Source: Microbotryum violaceum (lineage: Eukaryota). Taken from it: DNA of 64,000 nt. The notes under the pieces are model-generated. The model did no database searches. It had not been told where the DNA came from and saw nothing but the letters and a program-made list of their open reading frames with translations. The position numbers and the translations under genes are program-made. Position 1 is the first letter of the stretch. Each line of letters begins with the position of its first letter. Positions 1 through 13,093 of this stretch are shown piece after piece. The stretch covers positions 3,363,591 through 3,427,590 of the forward strand of contig LN717261.1 of NCBI GenBank assembly GCA_001244265.2, read 5' to 3'.

Positions 1-543
1 TCTCTCCGGGTTACCTGCTCCTTAAACTTACGACCCTGTTTCCCGCCCGTAGAATTGCCCCTATCAATAATCTCCATCCATTCCTTCTCCCCCCTTTGCA
101 CGCTCTTGACCTCCTTCCAAGCCTGCTCCGATTCGTCCTGTCCTTCCAATACCTCAGCCATCGCTTCATTCGCCAAGCGCATGATGTGAGTTTTCGTTTG
201 TGCGTTCGCAGGCGTATTGAGTTCGGAAGAATCTTCCTCGCCGACGATTTGGTCCTTTGGGAAATGCGAGAAAAGTAACGAGGAAACGAGAGCTTGACAA
301 GTGTAATCCGCCACTGAAAACGAGAAACATGAAGGAATCAGTAAAATGTTCATGCTAGGTCTTGTTGAGTTCTAGTAAAGTTGTAGGCTGACCGGTGACA
401 GGACTTTTATCCTTCTTTTCGACCCCACCACTGCCAATCAATTCGTTCTGCACCTTTTGAGCCAATAACGAAGCTTTGAGCACAGCAGCTATGGCGACTT
501 TTTGTTCCTTGGCGTACGAGATAGGTCCAGTGGGATGAGTCAT
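1..543 (-). CDS. MET22: 3'(2'),5'-bisphosphate nucleotidase (Met22/Hal2), 5' part; runs off the window
   Basis: Exon 1 MTHP...KEQKVAIAAV...KKDKSPVT, a GT-AG intron (~393-314), then VADYTCQALVS...FPKDQIVGEEDSSEL, matching the KxDxSPVTxAD and GEED motifs of this family. Confidence 0.88.
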
Positions 544-993
544 GGTGGATGATGGGTTGGTGGTGGTGATGTAGCGAGAATGGGAGGTGCGATGGGCTTG
601 GAACTGGCGAGAAACGAGCGAGAGACGCTGTAGGATCCTTGAGGCTGAAATGATGAGTGAGTTTTGACTTGTAACGGTGAGAGTGATGATCCAAGTAGTG
701 TGACTTGAGAGAGCGGTTGGTGAGGAAGGAGCGAGAGAGCGTTGTCGAGAGAGCGTTGTCGCCTACTATTAGACCGGCGATGACGTGATGACGTCTCTCG
801 AATGAAAATAACAAACCGTTATCAGCGGAAGCGGTCCAAGTCAATCCGTCTGTTGGGTGTTGATGCAAATGACATTGAATACACAATACAATAGATCTAC
901 AGCTTCTCATCAAAGGAACACACAACTAGTAAAAGACGTAGAGTGGTGGTAAATGAAATGCTACGATCGCAGACGCCCTTCTCCCCCCCTCGC

Positions 994-3900
994 TCAGGAG
1001 AAAAAGTACAAACTACTCCTAATCTTGGTCAGATCAAAGTCGCCTTTCTCCGGTACGGGAGGTAATACATCCGCGACGTAAACGAACTTGGAATTCGCGT
1101 CTCGAGAAGTGGGCACTTTCCACATCTCCGCGGCTTCGACCGCTTCAGGGGTGGGTGGGGCATCCAAATCCGCGTCGTCTTCGACGGCGAGCAAAGGGAT
1201 TGTCTGTGAGCTGGTTTTGAGAGGATTCTTCGTGCTCGTCGCAGTGGCTGTGTTGGAGATGGGAATCGAATCGTGTTGGGCGAAAAGAGGAAGGGTCGCA
1301 GGACCATCTTCGGCTTCGAGTTCGGTTATCACGTCCGTAGGTTCAGAGGTCGCTTCGGCTTCGGTTTCGTTCTCGGGCGACCTGATTTGGATCGAGCCGG
1401 TGTGGTCGGGTTCGGCGTAGCGTAGTCCTCGGGGTACGCGTTTGACGGGAATGACGTGCCCTTTGTAACGCTCCAAGAACTAGAAACAAAAGCAAATAAT
1501 CGCATCAGTACTCCAACCTTGACTGCAAACCCCAATAAAGCCTTGAAAACCATCACTCACCTCCTGCCTCAATTTGCCCAAAATGTCTTGCGAATGTAAT
1601 TCGATAAAAGCCTCCCTCAACATGACCGACATCTCATCGACCGAACAAGCATGCGTCCAATACGAATCGTGTACCGAAGCAAACGCAATCTTGTCCTTAC
1701 TCGCCAACGCCGTCATCATCATATGCGTGGCGTCGAGGGAGTGAATGAAGTTGGGGGGAAGGCGGTGGCTTGGGCTCGAGAATCGACTTCGGCTGGGATC
1801 GCCGGGTCAGAAATGAAGACGCTTTGCAAAGCCGTGGTGACTTGTCTCTTACGATCCTTACGATAAGGTTGAACGACGGGGAGGCCCAAAGGAGTCGTCC
1901 AAACTACACTAGTCATCAATTCCTTCGGGATCCGACTCGGCATATCGACGTCCCTGCTCGGATCAGCCATTCCCGCCGCTTGCATCGCCGCCAACGCCTT
2001 GGAAGGTCTTCCCCTCTTCGGCAGTGCATCCGGTTGTAAAGCGGCGTTCAATCTCCCCGGTGGAATCGATTTCGAAATCAACCTCGCCGAACGACTCAAC
2101 CATTCTTGAATCGCCGTAGCGCCCTTGAACACGTCCGAAATCGACGAAAGTACCAACTTGCCCAAGTAAACCGAACAAGCGTACAAATGTTCGGCCGAAA
2201 TATCGCCACGATCCTTGAGTTGTCGTTCGATTTGGTTCTTGGCTCCGATAAAGGTGACGCCGTAAACGGTGGTCATGACCGTTTGTTTGACCACCTTGCG
2301 ACTGACTTTACCCTGCAAAATTAGCGCTTGTTCCAGTCCGTCCCCGGCGTCGCGATTGATAATTTCGTTGACCACGTTGGCGACGGCGGAGTAAACGTCC
2401 GCCGGTCGATCCCCACCGTCCAAATTGACCTGTTCAGCGCCCTTGAGATCTCCCCCCAACGCGGCGTAATGTTGCAACCCATTGCAGGTCCCGTCCTGAT
2501 GAATCGGCAATGCGCAATCATATTCCTGCGGGTTCTTCGATCTCAAAGCCTTCGACAACTCCATACACGTCGCCAAGCATTGCCAACGATCCTCAGCGTT
2601 CAACCACCACCTCTTCCCCTCCAAAGGTCGATCAGCTGAATCGTAAATCTGCTCCAAATGCTCCATCGCGAACGCCTCCCTTTCATCGAACGAAGCCTTG
2701 TCGTAGCCGAACGTATTCGCCAAATGAATCTTGAGCCACCTCAAACCCCTTTCACCCAAAGGTTTAGCTTCCCCAAACATCAACAACCCTCGACACATAT
2801 CATCACCGATATGCGACAAATTAGGTGGGATCGGGTAAGCCCTCCCACGAAAATCTAAGTTATGGGGAAAGTAAAACTTTTCACCTAAAAAGGCACGAGC
2901 GATTTCGAGTTTGTAGTTGATATCGCAACGATTCGAATGAGCCGCTCGACGATCTTGTAGAACTTTTTTGATTCGTCTTCGGTAGGTGTCCAATGCACGA
3001 AGATCGGTTTCTAGTCCTTCGGGTTTCTCCACGTCGATGGGTAGGCTCAACGTTCCTGCGGCGGGAATGTCCCCCATCGCTTCACCCGTGTTCCATACGG
3101 CCGAAACGACGTCAAAGATAGGTCGATTGATGACCCAGGATACGCTACCGAGCACATCGAGACCGGTGAAAACGTCGTCGAGGTTATCGGCCTCCGAGGC
3201 TTGTTTGAGGTATTGCACTTGTTCGTCCGAGTCTTTGGTCCGCATCATTTGAGCTGTAAAAATTAACCCCCAAACTCCCCGTCAGTTTCAAGCTCCTAAA
3301 AACAACAAAGCCATTGACGTTGCTTGAGCTCACTCGAATGAATCAAATAAGCACCCGAATTATAACTCAACCAAGGCTTGGGTTTGACGACCATAGGCAA
3401 GAACCTCGGATGCAAAGTGATCCTCAATGGATCGGTATCGATCCTACTCGCGATCGCCGGATTGACCTTGATAACGCCTACCCTCTTCCCCCTGACGTAC
3501 TGATACGAATGTGAGAAAGCAGGTTGAACCTCGGTAACGATCTTACCCGTGATGGGATGTTTGGCCGTCCTTTCGACTTGAGCAACTTGCATCAACGTCG
3601 TGATCAACAAGGACCCGACTTTGGCATGAATCGAACGTGTCCATGCCGGACGCCAGGACGTATCCCCACTTTTTTCCCTTTTCGCCAATTCCCTCCTCCA
3701 GAAAATCTCGATCGCTCGAGTAGGTTGCGCTTCAATCACTTCGCCTTGCGAGTTCAACTTGCCATAAGTTTGGATCTGTTCGAGTTCTTGTAAAAAGTGT
3801 TTGCGCGGAAAGGATTGTTGGAGCACTTGAGCATGATACTCATGTTCGATCGCTCGACCGACTTCAAGAATCCCTCTTGCAGCCTTCATCCCTTCCGCTA

Positions 3901-5584
3901 CGCCGGCGTTTCCACAATGACGTAGTAATTCGACGATCGTAATGAGCGCCATCTTGTCCGTCGGTACGAGTTTCAAGAAAGGATCGATATCCGGGTCCTT
4001 GTTCCACGTATTACTGAACCCACCGAACGAAGTCGTATCCGACCGGATTGCCGCCACCTTTTTCCCCTTCTTTGACCGATTCGCCTGGGTCGTACTTCGT
4101 CCCGAATAAAATTGTTCATTCAAAGCGGCTTCCAAAGCTTTGGTCCATTCGAACATGACGCCTTGTAACCAATTCGATTGGAGTCCTCGTTCTTTATCCT
4201 TACCGACTTTGGCCAGTTGTTCCCTTTCGTGGATGTAGAGTTGTCGAGCTGCGTCGTAGGACGATTCTTCGAGTAACTGTTGACGATTCGCAGCGGAGAC
4301 GACACCATCCGGCACAGCCAAAGTCAATAAATTCGTTCGAAGCGTTTTGAGCGAAACTGAAACGTCGGGTGCTCCCCCTGATTCAGCAGAAGTTCTAGTC
4401 GTAGGTTCGATCTCGACCGGTTCGTTAAAAGTCGTGGTCGTGGTCGAGTGGGTCGAATTCGAACTCGTATGACGTTGAGATAACTTGGTTTCAATCTTTT
4501 TGAATTCGCTCCTCAATTCTTCAATCTCTTCCTCCCAAGCCTTCCATTCCTCCTGACCTTTACCCGTTTCAACGAGAGCGTTCAAAACTTGTAAAGGTGA
4601 AACTTTTCCCAAATAACTCGGTAATTCGACGTGCCAAATCGGATCGTTCAAAATATCCTTCAAACGTAATTGATGTTGTTCGACTTGATCCAATAAAGTG
4701 GTTAAAGGTTTGAGCCAAGGTTGGTTCTTACGCGTCGTTAAAGAGATTTCTTCCTTCGCTTTGGGTGTGGAAAGTGGTGAAGGATTGTAGATTGAGGGTC
4801 CGGAGGCAACGAGTCCTTTGAACATGACGGCTAGGACGGATTCGTCGATGGCGAGGTTCGTTTGAGTTGATTGATCCCACCATAGAGGGCGTTGTAAAGA
4901 GTCAAAGTAGGACCATGCTTTGACGACGTAATCGGACCTGACTAGATTGGACAAAGGTGTGGAAGGTGTTTCGGAAGGGGTAGGTACGAGAGCTTTGATG
5001 AGTGCGCTTGAGAGGTAGGCGCGAAGAAAGTCGGCGTGAACTCGAGGAGGTAAGAGAGTTGTGAGTGAATCGTTGCGATGGGTCAAGATTCTTCGGGCGA
5101 CTTCTTCGGCGCGGGTTAGGTCTCCCGAGGCGAGACAGGCGTTGAGAATCGCGAGTTGCTCCTGCGATTGAGTGGAAGTTGTCCAGTTTGCTGGGGTAGG
5201 ATGGGTCGAGGAGGAGGAGGAGGAGGAGGCGGAAGAGGCGGAAGAGGAGGAAGCGGTAGGAGCAAACTTGTCTGTTCGTTCGACATCGGCGGGTAAGGGG
5301 GGTGCCAAGGGGGGGAGTGGAGGGACAGAGTAGAGAGGATGGCCGGGCCTTTGGAAAAAGGCTTGGTTCGAGATCGAACTCGACGGTGGCGGTGGCGGTG
5401 GCGGTGGTGGGTGAGAGGAAGGGGAGGAAGAAGCGGGATCGACCGAGGCCGAAGGAGGCGCGAACCGGGTCGTGCTCGACGAAGCGAAACGGACGAGAAC
5501 CCGTGGCGAAGGAGAGCTCGAGCTCAAGGCGATCCTCGCAGCCGTGCGTAGCCTAGCCAACCGTCGATGTGACGACAAAAGCAT
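994..5584 (-). CDS. RPO41: Mitochondrial T7-like DNA-directed RNA polymerase
   Basis: Arg/Ser-rich presequence MLLSSHRRLARLR; motifs LDFRGRAYP, HQDGTCNGLQHYAAL, RKVVKQTVMTTVYGVT, SVHDSYWTHA; C-terminal YFFS. Introns 3333-3254 and 1560-1480. One apparent frameshift at ~1755 (FPPN). Confidence 0.97.
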
Positions 5585-6299
5585 GATCGTCGTCGTCTGT
5601 GGGAGAGAGTGCGCCGGGGTCAATCAGTCTACTGCACAGCGAGTAGATTCTCGATCACGGCGAATGCGAGCGAATATGTTGACCCAGATCATTCCAGACA
5701 GGCTCGATCGAGACTGAAACGTGGCGGTGCATTGTCAATGCAGGCGGGGTATGAGCAGTGACCGTCTCTGCAAAGGTGTGTGCGTAACCGGTGGGTGGCG
5801 GCCCATGCATGCAGTGTGGCCAGTGTGGCCAGTGTCGCCACCGTCGATCCGCTGACGACGACCGCTCCCGGGAAGGGGTGTAGAGCAGCAACATTCCTGA
5901 TCGATGCAGCTGACCTACCTAGTCGTACGCGTGCCTACTCACGATCGTCTCTTGTGCTAGAACGACGTGCGTTTTCCCAAACGGCCGAGGAAGGGAGGTG
6001 CGATCACTCCAAACAAGTCGGCTCCTTTCTCGTCGAGAGCTCAAAGTCGAGCAAAGTTGAGGAAACGATTGCGAAGCGCGCGAACCGAGTCAGATTCCGC
6101 TCGGCCGCCCAACCCGCTCCCGCTCCCGCTCCCGCTCCAAAAAAGGCAAGCGCTAATACTAATTGCAATAATTGGCTCATCGGTGACGCGCTCGATCTAA
6201 TGCGAAATTCGTTTCAACAGATCAACTTCGCACCCACTCGACCCAAGGCGGGCTGCTGCCCTCCTCTTTTTTTCTTCTTCTTCAGAAGTTGATCCTTCC

Positions 6300-7255
6300 C
6301 TCTCAATGAGAACAAAGTCAGTACCCCACCCTACCCCAGTAACCCCCCCATCTTCACAGCAGCCAATTCTGAAACACCCTTCTTCTTTGCTCTACAGTGA
6401 TGATACCTCCTTTGCGTGGAACTTTATGAACCTCGACCCATTTCGTCCTTCCGCGTTCCTGTTCACCCTCAATATCTCATCCCCCAACCCTTCCACTCTA
6501 CACCAAACGGGGCCGTCTCATCTCTTTAGAAAAAAAGGACCTCCTTCATTGTCGTAGGGCCTTTTTCTTCAAAACAGTTTTGAGCGACTTCCGGGAGTGG
6601 TACAGTTAAAGGAATTGAGATTCGTTTGGGGTGAGCAGGAGCGTTGGTCGTTTTTTTATTTTTTTTATTTGACTTGATGATGGGTTCGATATGTTCTCAT
6701 CCGCTCGCCACGTACCCTTTTAACCTTGTTTTTTAAAAAACAAAAGGAGCGGTCGTATGGATGGTCTGATTCTACCCTCACCTTTCCAGTTGGGTGGTGG
6801 GTCTCATTTGAGGGGGGAGGTGGTTCAACTTGTCGGTTTAGTTTGTTGTAGTCTTGTTTAGCATGTCTGCAAGGCCTCTTCTGTAAAGTTCATTCTCAAA
6901 AGTCTATAAAGAGATCTACGCCCCTAATTACGCCCTCGAAGAAGAAAAGACCGCAACGAGACAAAAAAGGAAAAGGGAAAGAAACAGCATGAGGGAAACC
7001 AAACTGGCGGATGATCCACATACCGTATCATTCCCTGCCCCCTTTCCACTCGAGACATTCTCTTCTTCAACAACACCCACCAAGTTGATCTTGTGATGAT
7101 CCGGTCTCTTTTGAAAGAGAAAGGATGTGGGTAGGCACCTGTGGTAGTGGGCGATTGAGGAAGTTCTTCAGAGAAGCGCTTCACACGTGGAGAGAGGAGG
7201 AGAAAGCGCAAACGGCGTGCTGGGGGGGCGTGGCGTGCTGGGGGTTAGGGTTCGC
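6300..7255 (-). ncRNA. Candidate structured long non-coding RNA (identity unknown; telomerase-RNA candidate)
   Basis: No credible ORF. Several long irregular hairpins pair via G-U only on the minus strand; AACCCTAACCC at 7252-7242. Confidence 0.4.
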
Positions 7256-7354
7256 ATTAGCTTCGATTAGCTCATAGCTTTCAAAGTTGGACTTTGTGCC
7301 ACACCGTCTGGGTTTACTTTTGGGGCTCGGCATTCACCAAAAGTAGTCGAGTTT

Positions 7355-10300
7355 TTACACAAATACATAATTCATAAATACAGCTACGTCCAAATCATCC
7401 CTCTCGAACGTCGAAATGTGTTCGCAACAGATGAACGACGTAGTCGGTCGCTCGGGCGTCGATAGTACCTCGTCGGGGAGAAGATCGGAAACGAGTCGAT
7501 CAACTGAGCAAGAGTAGGTCAGGGCCGCGTGTTCGACGATCGATCGAACGAGTTTGAAAATTTCGAGAAAACTCACTTTGCTCCTGTGTAAGACCCGGTT
7601 TGTGCAAGACTTTCAAGCTCAACAATCCCGCTTCTGAACTTGAAGGCAGATCACGACGAGCTCGGGAGAAATTGCAGGTCATCGATCCGCCGACCAGGAT
7701 CGTCAAGAGGTGGGACGAAGGGCTCGTTTTGGAGTATTTGAGGACGACATCACTCGATTGAGTTGTAGGATCTGTCAAAAGTACCGTCAGACTTCAGCAG
7801 CGCGTCTGCTGTGAGTGGCGAACAGGATCATAAAAACTTACCTCGTTCCAACCATTTCGTCCTTCCCACCTCCTTGATTATGCTAGACCCTTCATCATCC
7901 TCCACTTCACTCTCCCCTTCATCGTCCTGTTCGTCCCTTACGCCTGACTCCCAACATACCTGCCACTCAATCTTTGCTCCCTTCGGTAACGCCTCGGCAC
8001 TGACGAACAAGAGCGGTACGCGGTCTACCTCATCCCCGTCTTCCTCGACGACATCTTCCTCTTCCTCCTCATCCTCGTTCTCATCTAACGCATCCTCCTT
8101 ACCTCCCCTTCGCAAAAATCCATACCCAACCCTCCAACCCTTCCTAGCCCCCTCCAAACGTCGCCCATAACTCCTCCCCAACCCCTCCTCTCCACTACTA
8201 CCCCCCCTCTCCCTCAAAATCCAACACAAACCACACAAAGCCCTACCCCCCCTCCCCTCTCCCAAACTATAACCCCTCTTCCCAATCGAAACAACTAAAA
8301 CCCTCCTCAAATGTTGTAAACTCAAACTCGTCTCTACCGCGAAAATCTCTTCCCCTTCAACCTCCTCCTTCTTCTTCTTCTCAAATCCTCGATCCTCATC
8401 CTCGATCGTTATTGTAGTAGATAGAGGTAATTCCAAAGATTGTGGAATCAACCCAATTTGACCGGCTAAGTAAATCGATTTACCACCATTAACGATAACG
8501 GATTGTGAATAAGGTCCTATATTAGCTGAAGCCCAATAGGAAATTGATTGAACGTGAACGTTCTTTCGATCGGTTTGTTCGGAGTTCATTTCGAGGAGGG
8601 GTGAAGTTGGGTCGGAGTGGGAGTAAAGTTGAGGTGATGGAGTGGTTGAGGTTCTTGTGTCGTGTGATTGGTTGTGATTATATGCTATACCTTCTAATTT
8701 AATTCTAGGTGAACCTAGTTCTTCCTCCTCCGATGGGAAAAGTATTCCAACGCAAACTCTCGTAGGAGGTGCCGTACCGAAATAAGTCGAATAGACTTGA
8801 TTGATCTTGGGGAAAAGGTTCATCGTTTTAGGTGATAGGTAGAGATTTAAATGGGTTAGGTGTAGGAGTGTTGAGGATTTTTGGGAGAGGAGTTGAATTA
8901 AGGATTTGAAGAGTTGGGTTGTTTCGGATTCGATTGGGAGGGTGGAGGAGGAGTTGGTGGAGTAGTGTGAGAGGTTGGAAAAGTGTAGCCATGGACCGAT
9001 GGTCGTAATGGTTGGTGAGGAGGGGGACGAGTTGGTCAAAATTTTAGCGCGATCCGATTCAGAGGCTCGCGCGTTGAGAGAAAGGATTTCGAGCGCGGTC
9101 GAATTTCGATAGGCTTCCCTAACGGCACGGTAGATCTTTAAGCTTGATCGATCCAACATTGGAGGAACGGTCACCAGTGATCGAAGACGGGCTCGTAGTT
9201 GTTCTAACGTCTCGTTTTGAGGATGATTCGGTTTGGGTTCGAGGATGCATTCGTCGAGGTGGAGGTGTGCGATGGTCGAATACGGGTCCGAGTTGGAGAT
9301 GATGGTTGTGGTCTTCTTACTGCTCGTAGGGGGACATTGGCATACATACAAGCGGTCAGCTGTCAACCCAGGGAATGATGAATAGAGACTGGATCCGAAC
9401 GGTACGTACAAGACGATACGCGATTTATAGATGGGACAATCGACTGTAAAGGTCTCGTATTCCCCGCCTTCGCCGCAGACGTGTAGTTCGTACTTTTTGT
9501 TCTGTAGGGTCGCGAGATAGGATGCAAGTCAGCGCGGATTAATTTCCACTCGATGGGAAGGTGAAGATTCTCTTACCAAGCGATGCAAGGTTGGTTCCAT
9601 CTGCTTCAATGATCGACCGAGGTGTTCGACGCCCAAACTAGACAGTTCTCGATGTGCAGGTTCAGTATTCCGATCTCAATCCTTCGGGCAAGATGTTGAA
9701 AAATTCCTCACCCAGCACCAGCGACTTTGACCAAGACGCTCTCCATCCCCGCTCGAACCATCTCGCCCAATAGGTCGGTTTGATTCCTGTCCCACAAGTA
9801 AGCGATGGGTACGAGGCCAAGTCTTGAGCAGCTTTCGTAGAAAGTAGGAAGTGCAAACCGTTAGCAGGAAATTGACTGCAAAACCGTTTCTGTGAGATCA
9901 TCACTTACACCTGCTCGACTCGTACTCGCTGATAGTTGGAGAGGATAGCGCCGACTGCTACGCCTTGAACGGTCGGTTCTTTTTCCTGCATGATTGGATC
10001 ACACAGGAATCAAACCCCGACTGTTATCCCGTGTAAATTTTCATTCAACCAACTGACCTTGACATCCCTCAACAATTCGTACATATCCTCCGTCTCATCC
10101 TTATCTTCCCCCGACTTGGACTCGGAAGCCAAAGTCGATGCGGAGCTCGAAGCTTGCCCAGTTCGAGAACCGTACGAATTGGCTCGATGGATCGCTGTGC
10201 CCGTGATGATTCGGGTGTAGAAAGGAAGGGATAGGGATTCGGCGATGAGGGATAGACCGGAATGAGCGACGGTTTGGTACATGTACGAGTCGAGCTCGTC

Positions 10301-10530
10301 TGTGAATCGAGTTACGAGTAGACGGGAGAGAGCATCCGTATGTGATGAAGGAGTATATCAGCTTATGGAGCAAAGGGTAAACAGATCAGGACCGTGATGA
10401 TCGCGGACGTACCTTTGCCCTTGCCCGGTCCGAGGGAAGCGACCGCGATCGGTTCGTGTCCATTGAGAATGCAATGCAGCAGGTTGTAGATCGAGTCCTT
10501 TCCGCCCGATAAGAGCGCGACGACCTTCAT
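7355..10530 (-). CDS. DPH6: Diphthine-ammonia ligase with C-terminal RidA/YjgF-like domains, multi-exon
   Basis: Start MKVVALLSGGKDS (PP-loop); ELDSYMYQTV, KDETEDMYELL, GAILSNYQRVR, HVCGEGGEYETFTVDCP; later HVQSISYWASANIGPYSQ, YLAGQIGLIP, ALPKGAKIEWQ. Confidence 0.93.
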
Positions 10531-11196
10531 CTTGCTTAGAGGTCACACTTTCAGCAAAGTGGCGTTTAGCAAAGTGGCGTTCAGCTGATGATCGGCGGGA
10601 AGGCCGGTGAGCTGTCGAGCGCGAGGTGGGGGCGATAGAGCGCGACAACTTCGCAGGGGAGTAGCGCGCGCAGAGGCGCCGCGAGTGCAGTGTTTCCTGT
10701 GAGTAGGTAGGCGCCCGCTCGGCAGGCAGACCCAACCAAGTCGGGGCCCTCCCTCCCCTATTTCTTTTCCCCCGCTTGGCCAACTGGCGCGGCGAGCACC
10801 AATGCGCCGAAGGCTCTACCCTAAATAATGCGGCCTAGATCGCATGAGGCGAAAGTGTTCAAATTCACGCCTCCAAGTCCGTCTTCAGGAGAGCGAACCA
10901 CTGCGCTAAGTTCCGAACCGACTTGAATGAGAGCGAGCCGCACTTTGGTAGCGTTACCAATTTGAAAGTCGAAAATTGCATCTCAACGACAGAAGCGAAA
11001 AAAGGGTAGATTCGAGAACGCTCGTACACGTTTTGATTGAATACCTTCCGAGTACTTTCTGTAGTTGTCCGTGGTCTGGCTGGAATCACGTGTCGCGTGC
11101 GCCCAAGACGAGCGCGTCAAGAGCGGCTCTCAGAGGAGGTCGTTCGTGCTCGGTCCCGTACGCTCGACCGATGTCATCCCCGTCCATTCCCAATTG

Positions 11197-12768
11197 ATGA
11201 CCGTCTTCACAGCTCCGTACGTTCTCATTCCAAGCAGCTCGACACCGTATCCCCCTTCCCAACCCAGAGGCCTTTCCACTCACGTATCATCCCCGTCAAC
11301 CTCTCGAGGGTTATTACGACGCCTCAATTCGCTGCTCGTCAAAGAGCACCTCCACCATCCCGAACCTCGTACAACACTTGCACCCGTATTCTCTTTGGCT
11401 GAATTAACCCCGAATCATCTTTTGGGTTTACTCGAGGTCATTTTGGCGACGAGGTTCGACCTAAGTGCAGAGCGAGAACGGGACGATCGAGGCGATGAGA
11501 GTTGGCAATTCGTTCTCGATGATGATGATGATATTGATGATGGTGCAGGAATCGACGATCGATTAGACGAGCATAAACTTCATGACGAACGGATCTTACG
11601 CTTCCTCATACTGGGTTTACAACAAGCACTCGAAACTAGATCCTTACCAGAACCTGACATCGAAACGATGCTCGACATCTTACTCGCCGACATTGACTCG
11701 TCACATCGGTTTGGAGGTTCAAACTCGACAAGGTCCGGTGTCAGGCTCATTCAACACAGAGAACATATCATCGCGTGGATCGTTGCGGGCCTGTTTGAGA
11801 TTGAGGATCGGTTACTCGACCCTCTCGACACTCAGCTCGGCCACTACTATACCACCGTCGTCGACCGAGGTGAAGACTCGTCACACATGGTCGCTGAACT
11901 AGGGATCGCGACGACGGGTTCAAGCTCACGAGGTACGACATCGGCCACGCCTACCACCCCTCGGAAATTACTTTTTCGTGATTCGCATACGCAGCCTCCT
12001 CGAACGATGATGACCTCACCATTGAAGCAAGCCTTGACAACGTACCTCCCTCCTTCACCTTCGCCTCGACTGGAAACCACGCCTCGTAAATCCATCGTTG
12101 GACTACTGCGAAGGGACAAGCAAGCTCGATCGACGAGCCCGAGTCCCAAGTCCAAGAGGCACAGTCTGGAAACGTCCCCGTCGTCGTTGATGTTGGTCAG
12201 GCCCGAGATGGAAAGGTACGATCGGTCGAGACCAAGCGCTTCGATCATTGGCGTCAAGATGGCTCGTAAGAGGGACGTGTCGGACAGCGTTGGTGAATCC
12301 GACTTGGATTTGAGCGAACGCACATGCGACTGCGAGACGGAGGGATATCGGGAGACGGGCGAGGGGGATCAGACAGAGGTCGAGTGTTCATGCTGTGCCC
12401 ACATGGATGATGGAACCGAGACTCAAGACGAACCTGTCGATGCTGTCCCAATTCATCGCCTTTCTGATCGACCGCTCGATGCGAGCGCTCAACGTCCAAA
12501 CTGGCACCTCACCATTCCCAAAGAATCAAACGCCGAGCTCTTCCCTCCAGCTCGTTTCGTCACTACACCGCTGAATAGGAACTCACCGACCTCATCTTCG
12601 TCTTCATCAAACGAGGACGAATATGTCGTTAACCTAAGGAGGAAAAGGGAGCGTGAGGAGGTGGAAAAGATGAAGTTGAGGTCGTGTGGGTTGGACACGG
12701 ATTTGGAATGTGCACGTGGGCCAAGCTGGGTCACGGGTTGGTCAGAAAAGGAGCTGCAAGGAGTGTGA
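11197..12768 (+). CDS. Hypothetical protein with helical N-terminal region and S/T/P-rich disordered C-terminus
   Basis: Uninterrupted ORF (567 codons from 11065; first suitable ATG 11197); no motif recognised. Confidence 0.65.
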   Translation: MTVFTAPYVLIPSSSTPYPPSQPRGLSTHVSSPSTSRGLLRRLNSLLVKEHLHHPEPRTTLAPVFSLAELTPNHLLGLLEVILATRFDLSAERERDDRGDESWQFVLDDDDDIDDGAGIDDRLDEHKLHDERILRFLILGLQQALETRSLPEPDIETMLDILLADIDSSHRFGGSNSTRSGVRLIQHREHIIAWIVAGLFEIEDRLLDPLDTQLGHYYTTVVDRGEDSSHMVAELGIATTGSSSRGTTSATPTTPRKLLFRDSHTQPPRTMMTSPLKQALTTYLPPSPSPRLETTPRKSIVGLLRRDKQARSTSPSPKSKRHSLETSPSSLMLVRPEMERYDRSRPSASIIGVKMARKRDVSDSVGESDLDLSERTCDCETEGYRETGEGDQTEVECSCCAHMDDGTETQDEPVDAVPIHRLSDRPLDASAQRPNWHLTIPKESNAELFPPARFVTTPLNRNSPTSSSSSSNEDEYVVNLRRKREREEVEKMKLRSCGLDTDLECARGPSWVTGWSEKELQGV

Positions 12769-13093
12769 AAGGGAGGAGATGACGTCGGTGGAGTTGATTC
12801 CGTTGAAATACGTGTCTTTGTTGTTGTTCAATCACATCGCGTTTGATGTTTGTTGCGCTCTTGTCGGAATGCTTTGGCTCAAGGTCTTTCTAGTGTCATC
12901 AATTTGTGATGCCAATTTATTTCCTTACTGTTATCGATTTTGAGCAGAGCCTAATCCGGGAGTCATCTATAAGCAGCAGCCTAATCGCAGCCCGCCTTCA
13001 ATCGGCCTTTCGCCTTTCACCTGACCTCTCTCTGACACCTTCCGAATAACTCGCTCTCGTTTCACCCTTCCCAAGCCGGTGTCACTCTCAAGC

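Noticed and set aside
1100-1420. Long acidic insertion near the RPO41 C-terminus as a novelty
   Set aside because: Fungal mitochondrial RNA polymerases commonly have a variable insertion here.
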